Shown here: one piece after another, positions 1 to 12,769 of the stretch
How the letters are laid out: every line of letters starts with the position of its first letter
How positions within the stretch are numbered: position 1 is the first letter of the stretch
From: Eledone cirrhosa
Lineage: Eukaryota
Direction: 5' to 3'
Assembly (NCBI GenBank): GCA_964016885.1
Contig: OZ024742.1
Span: 82,336,001 to 82,400,000 of the forward strand
Length of the DNA: 64,000 nucleotides
The notes under the pieces: generated by a model
Database searches by the model: none
The model's input: only the letters and a program-made list of their open reading frames with translations
What the model was told of the DNA's origin: nothing
Position numbers and translations under genes: made by a program

Positions 1-820
1 ATGAATAAATCATCATCCATTAGGAGTGTATAGGCATATACTATTTACTTGCCTCCCCAAATAATTTAATCACGAACGTCTACATTCTCAATTGTTGTTT
101 ACAAATACATATGTAATATAGGAATATAAAATACAATACTATCAAAGCAAATCCAATACGCATATATACATATACATACATACACACATATATACATATA
201 TTTTAAACTTCATATATATAATCTCCTACATTGCAGAGCCGACATTAATCGTAAGTTGAACACAATATTTTATTTTATTATCGTTGTTTCTCTTTCGTAT
301 ATCTAACTAGGTTGAGAGATGTGGCTCGTATTCAGCTATTTGAAGTTCACTGGTCAAGGTATGTTACCTTGTAACAGTGGACTTCCACAGCCCTCATTTT
401 GCCACATAAAGAAACTGCTATCAGTATCACTCTGATGTGTAGGTTCAACTCTGCTAATTTCTCAGAGGTAAAATCGGCTGTTTGGACTAGAACTATATTC
501 CATTTGATTAAATATGTGTAATATTAGGAAATATTGCATGATTTCTGGGTAAAACAGTTACCGATGAAATAGGTGCACAGATGACGTGGCATGCTGTATA
601 GCTCGTATCAATTAACTGTATCACACTCAGACGTTTATCTACTAATTAACTTATAGTGTCCACTCTGAGAGGGCAAATTCGGATTTACAACATATGGTTG
701 TTGTAAATCCAATGAGTGACTAGATACCGACCAAGTTTGGACGAATTGTAAATGGACAGCTTCTTGAAATTAAATCTCTCTCTATCACTCTTTCCCTCTC
801 TATCTCTTCCCTCTCTCCCT

Positions 821-889
<69 letters not shown>

Positions 890-891
890 AC

Positions 892-968
<77 letters not shown>

Positions 969-1034
969 GTGAAGTAATTCCGTCGGAAAGGTCCAGGCAA
1001 AAAGAGTGCTCTATGTAGGCTACAGAGCTTAATA

Positions 1035-1800
1035 GTTATGTAATAAACAACATAAGGTAATTATTTCATTTACCAGTGGTTTCTTGAGGTCAAGAAATTT
1101 CCTTCCTACATTAGTTTTGACAGTTAGTTTTGTCAAAACTAATGTTGCAAGGAAATTCCTTGACCTCTTAGACAAACATTTTCATCCTAATCATAGATAT
1201 TATAAGATATCTAAAGGGTATGTAGTTAAAATTAGTTACTCTTGCTGCCCATAAATGAAGTCTAAATCACGAATTCTAATCGTACGAGAAAAAATCCAGG
1301 ATGTAGTTGCAGGATGCCGGATGAATGCTCATTACAGGGCAAATGTAACACTAAATCCGTTATATATGAGGCCAAAGTCACACCTCTATTTAACAACCAG
1401 CCAGCCAGGAGTGAACGATATGTTTTTATGACTCAGGACAGGTTTAAAACCAGGTTTTATGCACATGTCGCTTCTTTTAAACACTCCGATAAAAGAACAG
1501 CTGCGGCTTTCGCAAATAAGGTGTGGGAATTCAAGGATAAAAACATCCCGTACTCTATCAATTGCTCTATTTTAGACAATTCGAGGGAGTACCAAAGGGG
1601 CACAAATAATTGTTCTTTGTGTACCACGGAAAAATATAGGATTTTACAAAACTTGAAAGCCACTTCAACTTGCCTGAACTCCAAGACCGAGATCTTCAGA
1701 TGTTGTCCTCACCTGAAATCACATCTGATCTGTAACTGGATTGACATTCCTACGATGACTCAACCACCTTGAACTTCTTCTCTGCTATCTACGCGTTACA
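1035..1800 (+). mobile_element. 5'-truncated PLE fragment (Hydra-like clade): linker plus GIY-YIG endonuclease, with fold-back 5' junction
   Basis: ORF 1314-1772: C..C.LQGKC..KSVIYEAKV...FKTRFYAH...CSLCTTEK...LNSKTEIFRCCPH; upstream KTNVARKFLDLLDKHF; hairpin 1086-1167; 1035-1088 is the reverse complement of the HHR 3' half at 12423-12476. Confidence 0.85.
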
Positions 1801-2293
1801 TCCACTACGATTTTTATTACTTTCTTAACTCACTTTCTGTACTCTTATATTCTTTTTCTCCCTTATCTCCCGTTATATTTAAACTTTTTCCTATGTCATT
1901 TATTTTCTATATTTCCACTACTTTCTAACTTACCCTTTACATACCCACCTTTTTATTTTTAAATATTTATTTCTGTGTGTGTGTGTGTTGTGTATCTGTA
2001 TATATATATGTGTATGTATATATAATTATATATATCTGCATGTATATGTATGTGTGTATATAATTGTATTTTATATGTATCTGTTGTAATTGTGTGTATG
2101 TATGTATATATATATATCTGTGTGTGTGTGTGTTTGTGCGTTTATATGTGTGTGTGTATTTTTATGGTGACGTAACTTTTTGTAGATATGTGTGTGTGTG
2201 TGTATATGTGTATTTCTATATATATGTTTATGTGTGTATATATATATAATAGCCTCAGAAACTGCTTGAGTTCTGCCGTCGTGTCATACTTTT

Positions 2294-2358
<65 letters not shown>

Positions 2359-2653
2359 GTATATGTATGTATATGTATGTATATATGTGTGTATGTCTAT
2401 GGTTGTATGTGTGCGTGTGTGTGTATGTGTATATATATATATGTATGTGTATGCGTATGTATGTGCATAATTACATACACAGTGATTTAATGCTTATTTT
2501 CATTGATTATATGCTCCAGGAACTTGTTGAGTGCTCTAAATCAGCTATACACATTTATTACCTTATCTATTTATTTATTTATCATTTGTCGTATTCCCAA
2601 CTATTTGTTTACCCATTTCAGATTTTTATTTTTTTATATATGTAATATTTATG

Positions 2654-2745
<92 letters not shown>

Positions 2746-2857
2746 TATATAGAGAAAATTGAGGTTGGTAATGGCACATGGAATATATAAGAGACAAAAT
2801 ACATTTTTGTGAAAAAATATATAATTTTATAAGGTAAGGAAAGAATAAAGGGTATAA

Positions 2858-2905
2858 AAACTGACCGGTTTCTATGGGTCTGCAAAAGCCATCTTTTCAG
2901 ATGTT
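2858..2905 (-). ncRNA. Type I hammerhead ribozyme in PLE-A 3' pLTR (partly decayed)
   Basis: AACAT-CTGAAAA-GATGG..CCATA-GAAA-CCGGTC-AGTTT on the minus strand. Confidence 0.7.
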
Positions 2906-3262
2906 GATTAATATTAAGAAAAATTAATAATAAGAAGAAGAGTTAAAATTTGAGATTTGAAAATTCAAGTATAAAATTCAGTGTGGGATTTCATAGTAGT
3001 TTTCATCTTGGTAGCAGCAAGTTGACTGCTGTGTGTCCCTTTCTGCTGGTGAATGAGGAATAATTTGTGGGGAGTGGTTTTTTTTAAGGTCAGATTTAGC
3101 AATGGCCAGATGGCCAGCTGCTGGTCAGTGAGGGGGTGGAAGCAATATACATACATATATCTCCATGTGGTCGGTAGGAGAGGGGAGAGTGATAGAAAGG
3201 GATTTAGTGCACTTACACCTATATATACACATACCCTCATCCACACACACATACATATACAT

Positions 3263-3343
<81 letters not shown>

Positions 3344-4100
3344 CATACACACAAACATACATATACATACACACACACACCCACACATATACACATACAC
3401 ACATATATATACACACACACACATATATATATATACATACACATACATACACACACATACACACATATATATATATATGTACATACACATATATATATAT
3501 ATATATACACACACACATACACACACACACACATATATACATACACACATACAAACACACACACACACATATATACACATACACACACATATATACACAC
3601 ACACACACATATATATATATACATACACATACATCCAGATACACACATACATACACACACACACACATACATACACTTACATACATCCACATGCACACAC
3701 ATACACACACACACATACATACATCCACATACATAGAGAAATGGCCTCCAAATATATATATATACATACATACACATATTTTTTCAATAATATAAGAAGT
3801 TAGAACAGTGAAATTAAAATACAAGTCATTCTGATCACATTGAGTTCTTCATGTAGATTGGGCCCCGCAACCGACAGTGGTGAATTCTGTGTGCGCATAT
3901 ATATATAGATATATGTGTGTGCACGTGCAGGGTTTAACATGGATGTGTTGGTCACACAAAGGCATGGTCTGTCAACGAATAAACCTGATTCTACAGAATT
4001 GGTCTCTGGTCTTTAATAGTAGTGATAATTATATACATGCACACATACACACACATATCTGTCACTCCGTGCGTATGTGTGTTTAGATTTTCTGACAATT

Positions 4101-6380
4101 CTATTGGGGTGATAACCCGTTTAGTTTTGGTTTAAATTTGTTATGGAGTAGATTTTCTTTGTTTATTCTTTGTTGCTGTGTGAACGAATCTGAACACTTG
4201 TAGAAAGGGAAGATTTTAAAGTTGGGTAGTGTCATTCCTGCGCAGTTCTCAATATGGCTGCTCAAGGGGATTTTTCTTGTGTTAGCGTCCCGGATTTGTT
4301 GGCGGTGGATGGTCATTTTTTTGCGTAATGAGGTGCCCGTCTGTCCTATGTAGTTGTGTTTGCACCCACCGCAAGTTATTGCGTAAATCAAGTTCTCCGA
4401 GTTGAAGGTAAAATTGTTTTTTACTGTAAATGTTTGGCCATCTTTAAATGTAAATGTTTGTCCTTTAGTGAGGTAGAGGCACGTTCCACAATTTGTTCTA
4501 CCACATTTGGCAACTGTAGGGTTGAGGATTGGTTTGGGTATATTTGGTCCAGTGAGAATGCGTTTTAGTGATTTGGGTTGTCTTTTACTTTTAAGGATCT
4601 TGTGTGTTTCAAGAATAGACTTCATTTTTACATCTTTAAGTAGGATGGGGAGGTTTTTGTGTAGGTGATCAAACATTTCGGTATTTCTGGGGTTGAAAGT
4701 GGATACATATGGCAGGGTGTTGAGTGTGGTTTTCTGTTTTGTATTGTTAAGTTGATGGGGATTTAGGTGTTTTGCCCTGTCTATTCCATTGTTGATTATT
4801 TCAAGTGGAAAGGTTCTTAAGATAAGGGTGTCTTTTAGTTCCTTTAGTCTTTGCTCCCGTTTAAGTGGATCTGATACTATGGTACATATACGTTTGGCCA
4901 AATTGTAAGGAATGTTAAGTTTTGTATTTTTGGGTGACTTGATGTGAAAAAGAGGTATTGCTTGGAATCTGTGGGTTTATAGAATATATCTATATCTAAT
5001 TTCCCGTCTATTACAGAGATGAGAATATCCAAGAAAGCTAATTCCTTGCGATTGGATTCCATTGTGAATTGTATGTTATTATCTATGTTGTTTATCATGT
5101 TTTTAAACATAGTAAGTGAGTTCCTGTCTTCTTGCCATAGGATAAAGCAGTCGTCTAGATATCTTTTCCAATTGGCTTTGAGGTGTGTGTGGAAAGAGTC
5201 TCCAAATAAGAGAAGGGACTGACTGTATATTAGTTGTTCATGGAATCCCATGACTAGGTTGGCATATGTGGGTGATTCTTTCGTGCCCATTGCAGTACCT
5301 GATACTTTTTTGTATGTTGAACCATTGAATGTGAAATAGTTATTTTGTAGGATAAAGCGGAGTCCGTCAGTGATAACATCATTGTTGATGCGTGTCGGTA
5401 TTTCTGATGGGTGTGTGTTAAGCCAGTATTGGACTGCTGTTATTCCATAGTTGTGGGGTATGTTTGTGTAGAGGTTTATTACGTCAAAGGAGACAAGAAT
5501 TGTATTTACACTTACTGTTTTAGGGAGGTGTTTCAGCATGTCAAGGTCATCTCGTATGTAGCTCTGTATATGTTGTAGAAAGGGTTTCAGTAGCATGTCC
5601 AGAAAGTTTCAGTAGGATGTCCAGAAAGTCTGTGGGTTTCACATGTAGGGCCTGCTATAATTGGCCTGAGTTTTAGGTCTTCTGTTGGTGTTAGTTCAAT
5701 GTAATTGTTGGTTGAGGTGTCACATGCATCGTTTATGGGTTTACATTTGTGGAGTTTCGGTAAGCCGTAAAAGGAGCTTGTATTGCATTTGAAGTGGCTT
5801 ATATAGTTAAACTCTTTTGTGGTTAAGCTGTTGCGGTATTTATTCAGTAAGGTCAAAAGGTTCCCCATTGTTTTGGTGTGTTTGTAGTTTTCTGTTTTTT
5901 CATAGTATGTGTTGTTTTCTAAAATATTAAGTGCGAGGGTCCTATAGTAGTCAGTATTCATAATGACAACAGTACTGCCTTTATCGGCTTCTTTGATGGT
6001 TATCTCAGGGTTGTTTCTAAGTGTGAATAATTCTTCCCATTCGTGTGTAGATAGGTTTGATTTCGTGTGTTTATTTGTAATTTTTTCACAGGGAAAGTTG
6101 GTGATGTGTTCGCAGTACGTGTCCAGTGCTTTATTTCTTCCCTTTTGTGGGCAGAAATTGCTTTTATTTCTAACCAGTGATTCGTCTTCAGTGTTCGTGT
6201 CGTTGTGGAAGAATTCCGTTAGTCGCAACTTTCGGCAGAATTCTATGATGTCATCCTTCATTTCGGGGAAGTTTGGTTTACGTGGTGTAGGTGTAAATTT
6301 CAGGCCCTTACTTAAAATGTTGATTTGTGTGTTGGTTAGAGGTGTCTTTGAGAGGTTGATTACTTTTGGTTTCTCCTGAG
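4101..6380 (-). pseudogene. RT + GIY-YIG polyprotein of PLE-A (disrupted)
   Basis: Consecutive ORFs in shifted frames carrying PLE RT motifs and GIY-YIG. Confidence 0.9.
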
Positions 6381-7303
6381 GGGGGGGGCATCGAGTATCC
6401 TGGTATTTCAGGCTTTTCCCTAAAAAGGAATGTAGTTTTGTGTGTGATTATATTTTGTTGGTCTGTTGCGTGTGGGTCTGTAGCTTATTGTTTCATGAGG
6501 GTGAATGTGATGGTGGGGGTGGTATGTGTTGTGGTTGTTAATGAGCAAGGGTTCTGTTGTTGGTTCATGTGGTCTGGGTGCGTTATTTCTGTGGTACAGA
6601 GTGTTGAGGTTGGGGGGGGTTGTCTTTTGTTGGATTGAGGGTGATGTCTGGTGTGGTTGTGGGTAAGTTCTGTTGTGATTTCAAGTGGTCTGGGTGGATT
6701 TCTTCTGAGGAATGTGGTGTGTGTGTTGTGAGTTGGATCTATGTTATTTCGTCGTTGATTTATGTAGGGGGTATTTCTACGGAAACCTGCGTTGTGGTGG
6801 TTGGGTGTGTTTCTTTTGGTGTAGTTGGCCGTGTTTCGTTTGTGTTGGTGGGGGATGTGCCTGAGGTTAGTGTGTGTTGGGTTTGGCGGTGTAAATGTGT
6901 CTGTTGTAGTTCTTGTTATGTTCAAATGCTTTATAAAGGGGTTACCTGTTTGGTGCGTCCTTTTAAAATCTTCAGATATTTGAGGAACCAGTTTTCGGAT
7001 TTTTTCCACCGTTTAAGGGAAATCATTTCTGCATTCTCGCAGTCCTGTTTCCACAATTTGATTAAATTTTGTACGGTTGTTCCCTCGGCCATTTTAGTGC
7101 ATTCTTCCTCCATTTTTTTTCGACAGAAGTTGGTTTCGATGTCGATTTCCGACCTAACCGGTTTCCGACCTAACCGGTACCCTCACCAACGATGAACTCG
7201 AACTCCTGCGCCTCGGACCCAAGTTCATCATTACACAGCGTCTCGATGATAGACTGAAACTCGACATCGAAACCAACTTCTGTCGGACAGCATATCAATT
7301 GAA

Positions 7304-9223
7304 ATGGCTAACCGCCATCCAAAACAACACCGAGATCGATTACAACCCCACAACCCACCCCACACTCCCCACGTACCACCTCGACAACCCACTCCACCCC
7401 CACCCACCAACCACGAACTTGACACTAAACTACTCAGGTTGAAACGTTCTATCTCTAACATCCTTTCCCAACACACACACAATAAACGCAACCTCACCAA
7501 TGCACAATTTAATACTCTCACCAACCTAAGATCCAGGAACCTTGTTTACCTTCCCTCTCACAAGGGGAAAGAATTCTGTGTCATCTTGAGAGAGACCTAC
7601 AACAACTTAGCTCTCCAACATCTTAATGACGACAGACTCTACTTGAAAGTCACAGGGAGCTCCTCGACTCTAATCGAGGAAGGCATTAACACCATATGGA
7701 CTAACATCTGTGTCCAACGAAAACTGCCAAAGAAGGTAAAAAACAACGTAATGACTCGAAACAGCAAACTACCCACCTTCTACCACCTGCTGAAAACCCA
7801 TAAACAAGGACCCGATTTGAAAATCAGGCCCATTGTCTCTAGCGTGGAGGGCCCACTTTACAAAATATCGTGGCTGCTCTCCACACTACTGAAACCCATT
7901 CTACACACACTACCAGCCCACGTCTGTAGCTCAAAGGAGGTCTTGGAGCGACTACTCCATCTGGCGCCCAACACCAGAAAGGACAACGGATATGCCTTCA
8001 GTCTTGATGTGGTCGCCCTTTATACCTCCGTACCAGCATCCCCAGCCGTCAACCTGTTGACCGAACGAGTCCGAGCATCTAACTTACACTGCTTCGGACT
8101 CACACACACGGACATCCACCAATTCCTCTCCTTCGTTGTGGATAATGCATTCTTCAATTTCCTCGGCCACACGTACAAACAGATATCTGGGCTTCCTATG
8201 GGCTCTAGTCTGTCCGGCATACTTGCGATCTCGTACATGGACCACCTGGAACGCAAGGCACTCAACACCTGCCAACCCAACGCCGTCGCCTTCTACTCCA
8301 GATACGTCGATGACATACTGATACTCACTTCTTCCCGGGAGATGGCGAATGAAATTCACCAAATCTTCAACGACACTGACCATCACGTCGATTTCACCAT
8401 CGAACACCCTGGAGAAGACGGGTCACTCGCCCTCCTCGACTTCCGTATCAACATCTCGGAAGAAGGAGACATAAACACCACCTTCTACCGCAAGGCAGCG
8501 TGCAAGGACTTATTTGTGCATTACAACTCAGCCCTCCCCAACAACGCTAAGAGAAGCTATGTCCTAAATGAACTTACACAGATCACTAATAGATGCAGCG
8601 ACCCGATGGGTGGTCTCACCCATACCACGCAATTCCGTAATCTACTCAAGTCTAATGGAAATCCCAAGCGACTGATTAACGGAATTAGAGACCCCAGACC
8701 CAATAGACAGACACCCACTAGAAACTTAAATAAAAGCAGGTGCTTCTTTAAAATCCCCCACCTGAGTGAATATACCACGAACGCCATCCGCAGGGCCATA
8801 CGCAGGGAAGGACTTGACATACATTTGGCCCACACAGGACCTTCGCTCCGAAGATGCCTCTCCAACAAACTCGACGAGTCAGATGGGACGTGTTCCCTCA
8901 GCAACTGCCCGATATTGGGGGCAGATTGCCTACGCACCTATGTCGTATATAAGATTCAATGCGATAAATATAACAAGTTTTACATAGGTAGCACCATCCG
9001 ACCCCTACATGTTCGTATCAAGGAACATGTCAACACCAACACATCTTCCTTCCGTAAACACATCCTTAAATGCGGAAACCCACAGGGCAGACCCTTGGTT
9101 ACAGTCCTAGCGACTGAACGCAGCATCGGATCCTTAAGGATAAAGGAAGCACTTGTTATTAAGAACCTCAGACCCCCACTTAACAACCGGGCTGAGAGAA
9201 ATGAGCTGACATGGCTAATTTAA
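7304..9223 (+). CDS. PLE reverse transcriptase + GIY-YIG endonuclease (639 aa open; true N-terminus frameshifted)
   Basis: LPSHKG (DKG variant), IRPIVS, SLDVVALYTSVP, GLPMGSSLS, RYVDD, LDF, VVYKIQC...FYIGST.R.L..RIKEH, LN. Confidence 0.93.
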   Translation: MANRHPKQHRDRLQPHNPPHTPHVPPRQPTPPPPTNHELDTKLLRLKRSISNILSQHTHNKRNLTNAQFNTLTNLRSRNLVYLPSHKGKEFCVILRETYNNLALQHLNDDRLYLKVTGSSSTLIEEGINTIWTNICVQRKLPKKVKNNVMTRNSKLPTFYHLLKTHKQGPDLKIRPIVSSVEGPLYKISWLLSTLLKPILHTLPAHVCSSKEVLERLLHLAPNTRKDNGYAFSLDVVALYTSVPASPAVNLLTERVRASNLHCFGLTHTDIHQFLSFVVDNAFFNFLGHTYKQISGLPMGSSLSGILAISYMDHLERKALNTCQPNAVAFYSRYVDDILILTSSREMANEIHQIFNDTDHHVDFTIEHPGEDGSLALLDFRINISEEGDINTTFYRKAACKDLFVHYNSALPNNAKRSYVLNELTQITNRCSDPMGGLTHTTQFRNLLKSNGNPKRLINGIRDPRPNRQTPTRNLNKSRCFFKIPHLSEYTTNAIRRAIRREGLDIHLAHTGPSLRRCLSNKLDESDGTCSLSNCPILGADCLRTYVVYKIQCDKYNKFYIGSTIRPLHVRIKEHVNTNTSSFRKHILKCGNPQGRPLVTVLATERSIGSLRIKEALVIKNLRPPLNNRAERNELTWLI

Positions 9224-9659
9224 CCATAGTGACCAGTAACAGCCCCTACGGCCTACTATCTTTCACACACACGCACTTATATGTATACCCATACACATAC
9301 ACACACACATCTATATTTATACACGCACACATGTTTATACAACCTACCACCTTTCACACTCTTTGTTTTCCAGCTTCTACGGCCCACTATCTTTCACACA
9401 CACACATACATACACATATACACATATACACACACAGTTACACACACATATATATTTACACACACATATTTTACGGCTTTCACACGCTAGCGCACCCTAT
9501 TGATTTAACCCAATTGTTCAGTAGCTTTTGCCACAGCCTTTCACGCGCACGCGCATTCTTTCCCTCGTTTGAATTTTCCCCATAACGGCATTCCTAAGTT
9601 TTAACGACACTACAACTTTCTCCGGCTTAGCCTGTTCCCCCCCCCCCCTTTTGGAACTT

Positions 9660-9695
9660 TCCCCCGTTGATGGGCGCGAGCCCGAAATATTGGGA
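9660..9695 (+). ncRNA. Decayed minimal hammerhead in PLE-B 3' region
   Basis: TCCC-CCGTTGA-T-GGGC GCGA GCCC-GAAA-TATT-GGGA; stems intact, core has two substitutions. Confidence 0.6.
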
Positions 9696-9879
9696 TTAAA
9701 TCTCCACTACGGTAACCCTTCTACCTTTGTTTTGTTTTCATTTTCATTTTCACTTTTCTCCTATTTCTCACTCACTTCTTACCTCGAGAGTTCCCATCTA
9801 CATTGTTGTGGCTTTCTAAACTATATATTTTACACATTTCACAATGCTTCAAGCAAACTTTAACATCCTCATATATATA

Positions 9880-10417
9880 TGTATGTATATGTATATGTAT
9901 GTATATGTATATGTATGTGTTTGTGGATGAGGGTATGTGTATATATAGGTGTAAGTGCACTAAATCCCTTTCTATCACTCTCCCCTCTCCTACCGACCAC
10001 ATGGAGATATATGTATGTATATTGCTTCCACCCCCTCACTGACCAGCAGCTGGCCATCTGGCCATTGCTAAATCTGACTTTAAAAAAAACCACTCCCCAC
10101 AAATAATTCCTCATTCACTACCAGAAAGGGACACACAGCAGTCAACTTGCTGCTACCAAGATGAAAATTACAATGAAATCCCACACTGCATTTTATACTT
10201 GAATTTTCAAATCTCAAATTTTAACTCTTCTTATTATTATTAATTTTTCTTAATATTAATCAACATTTGAAAAGATGGCTTTTGCAGACCCATCGAAACC
10301 GGTCATGTTTTATACCCTTTATTCTTTCCTTACCTTATAAAATTATATATTTTTTCACAAAAAGTATTCTGTCTCTTATATATTCCATGTGCCATTACCA
10401 ACCTCAATTTTCTCTAT
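9880..10417 (+). repeat. Inverted copy of PLE-A pseudo-LTR
   Basis: Near-identical reverse complement of about 2749-3270. Confidence 0.93.
10262..10309 (+). ncRNA. Type I hammerhead, U3-A8 core variant
   Basis: AACAT-TTGAAAA-GATGG..CCATC-GAAA-CCGGTC^ATGTT; perfect 5-bp stems I and II, palindromic ACCGGT stem III. Confidence 0.85.
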
Positions 10418-10468
10418 AACCTTCGTTTCGTGTAGAAACTTTCACTTTTCATATATAGATATATATAT

Positions 10469-10521
<53 letters not shown>

Positions 10522-10618
10522 AGTGTTAAACAAGGTTCATTTAATACATCTAAGAATGAGTTTTACACACATACATGTGTGTACGTATTTATATGTATGT
10601 GTGTGTGTGTGTATATCC

Positions 10619-10706
<88 letters not shown>

Positions 10707-10911
10707 CGTAAAATAAGAAAATTATAAGATTAACTTACTTACTATAATTTCACACTCACAACTAAGTAGTTTCTGAAATGGAATAAATATACTTTGCGAA
10801 GAAAATTTGCCTAGGAATTCAGTCCACGCTTTGCTATTTTCCATCATCTGAATTATTTTTGTATAAGTTTCCAGAGTCCTCGCTTTGTCTGGGTACTTAC
10901 CTGAGAATAGT

Positions 10912-10991
10912 CTTCCCTGGCGACGAAATGATTCTCTATATTTTCTTCGGAAAGTATATTTATTCCATTTCAGAAACTAATTAGTTGGGAG
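10912..10991 (+). ncRNA. Hammerhead copy 1 (core mutated to CTGGCGA)
   Basis: Same layout as 11435-11514 with A6->G. Confidence 0.65.
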
Positions 10992-11434
10992 TGAAATTTT
11001 AGTAAGTAAGTTAATTTTATAATTTTCTTATTTTTCGTCTCTCATATTATTGTTCTGCAACCCCATGCATTGAAAGACAAAGTTACTAAGACAAAACCTA
11101 TATATTTGCTAGCATTGATATGCATCTGTATGTATATATATGTTACTAGATATTAATTCTTTATAATTATCTCCAAATTATTTGCCGAGCAATATTGGCC
11201 AAGACTGCTGCTATGGTAGCAGGCAGGCCGCTGCCTTATTAACAAACCACTTTCCACTGATTGACCTCGATGTCACGTGATTGATTCTTTTTTGAATTTG
11301 CCACCGACGCAGAGGCAGTGATTTTCTCAATGGCTAGGAATTCAGTCCACGCTTTGCTATTTTATATCCACTGAATTATTTTTGTATAAGTTTCCAGAGT
11401 CCTCGCTTTGCCTGGATACTTAGCTGAGAATAGT

Positions 11435-11514
11435 CTTCCCTGACGACGAAATGCTTCTCCTAATTTTCTTCGGAAAGTATATTTATTCCATTTCAGAAAC
11501 TAATTAGTTGGGAG
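11435..11514 (+). ncRNA. Hammerhead copy 2, 49-nt stem II domain
   Basis: CTTCC-CTGACGA-cGAAATG..CATTTCa-GAAA-CTAATTAGTT^GGGAG. Confidence 0.78.
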
Positions 11515-11681
11515 TGAAATTTTAGTAAGTAAGTTAATTTTATAATTTTCTTATTTTACGTCTCTCATATTATTGTTCTGCAACCCCATGCATTGAACCA
11601 CAAAGTTACTAAGACAAAACATATATATTTTCTAGCATTGATATGCATCTGTATGTATATATATGTTACTAGATATTAATT

Positions 11682-11740
<59 letters not shown>

Positions 11741-12190
11741 GAATGTATATGTATGTATATGTGTATGTATATGTATGTGTATATGTATATGTATATGTAT
11801 ATGTATGGGCGTGTGTACGTATTTATGTATATGTATGTATGTGTATGTGTTATTGTGTGTATTGCTTATCACGTGTGTTTGTTCATTTATGTGTTTCCTG
11901 TATCGCTGTCAACTTTATAATAATTTTTACATTTATTTTTGTTCTTATGTGACGGCCTATATTGACGTCTATTGTTTTTTATTTTTATTATTATATTTTT
12001 ATTATAATTAATTGTGTGTGTGCGTATTTAGGTGAGTGTACATATATCTATACTTGTGTGTGCGTATGTATGCGTGTATATATATGTATGTGTGTGCGTG
12101 TATGTACGTGTGTATATATGTATGATTATGTGTGTATATATATATAGACGTATATATATATATATGTGTATGTATATATGTGTGTGTATG

Positions 12191-12272
<82 letters not shown>

Positions 12273-12385
12273 CGCGCGGGTATGTGTTTATTTTTCCTTT
12301 CCTTCTTCCTTTTCCAGCTTCACTTTCATATATATATTATATTTTTGTTTTTAAAATCCAATGTCAATAAATACACCAGGATTTT

Positions 12386-12446
12386 TTTCATTCTGATGAT
12401 TGAAAGCAGAATTTGTTTGCTCTCAAGAAACCACTGGTAAATGAAA
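12386..12446 (+). ncRNA. Canonical type I hammerhead ribozyme
   Basis: TTTCATT-CTGATGA-TTGAaAGCAGA..TTTGCTcTCAA-GAAA-CCACTGGTA^AATGAAA. Confidence 0.9.
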
Positions 12447-12471
12447 TAATTACATTATGTTGTTTATTACA

Positions 12472-12509
<38 letters not shown>

Positions 12510-12621
12510 TAAATACACACACACATATATATGCGTGAACCTAATACTATTACTTCGTACTGCACTATTCGCTTTGTTTTTGTTTTCTGTTTTAACTATT
12601 ATATATTAATTCAGAAACGAC

Positions 12622-12760
<139 letters not shown>

Positions 12761-12769
12761 CATATATAT

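Larger units (their letters stand above)
2749..7120 (-). mobile_element. PLE-A, Neptune-like Penelope element, frameshifted, with 3' pseudo-LTR
   Basis: ORF pieces 5587-6261 (KEADKG), 4877-5596 (SFDVINLYTNIP, GTAMGT, RYLDD), 4101-4901 (CGRTNCGTC knuckle, LIYAITC..C..NYIGQTG); 22-bp duplication near 5597-5630 breaks the frame. Confidence 0.92.
7121..9870 (+). mobile_element. PLE-B, second Penelope-like family (Nematis/Poseidon-like, clade tentative) nested in PLE-A
   Basis: N-terminal LTNDELELLRLGPKF motif near 7162-7206, long ORF, own HHR relic at 9660-9695, ends at (TA)n near 9870. Confidence 0.9.
10701..11685 (+). mobile_element. ORF-less HHR-bearing tandem element (non-autonomous PLE/retrozyme-like), 523-nt period, with inverted 5' piece
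   Basis: 10812-11161 repeated at 11334-11684; 10701-10806 is an inverted part of the unit; (TA)n on both sides. Confidence 0.8.

Noticed and set aside
685-3824. Long YI/CV/HT/RE-rich ORFs here and throughout the window
   Set aside because: Translations of dinucleotide microsatellites that lack stop codons
6366-7195. Val/Cys-rich plus-strand ORFs
   Set aside because: Antisense shadows of the AC-rich PLE-A N-terminal region
10894-10904. U1 snRNA 5'-like tacttacctg
   Set aside because: No U1 stem-loops or Sm site follow; the duplicate reads tacttagctg
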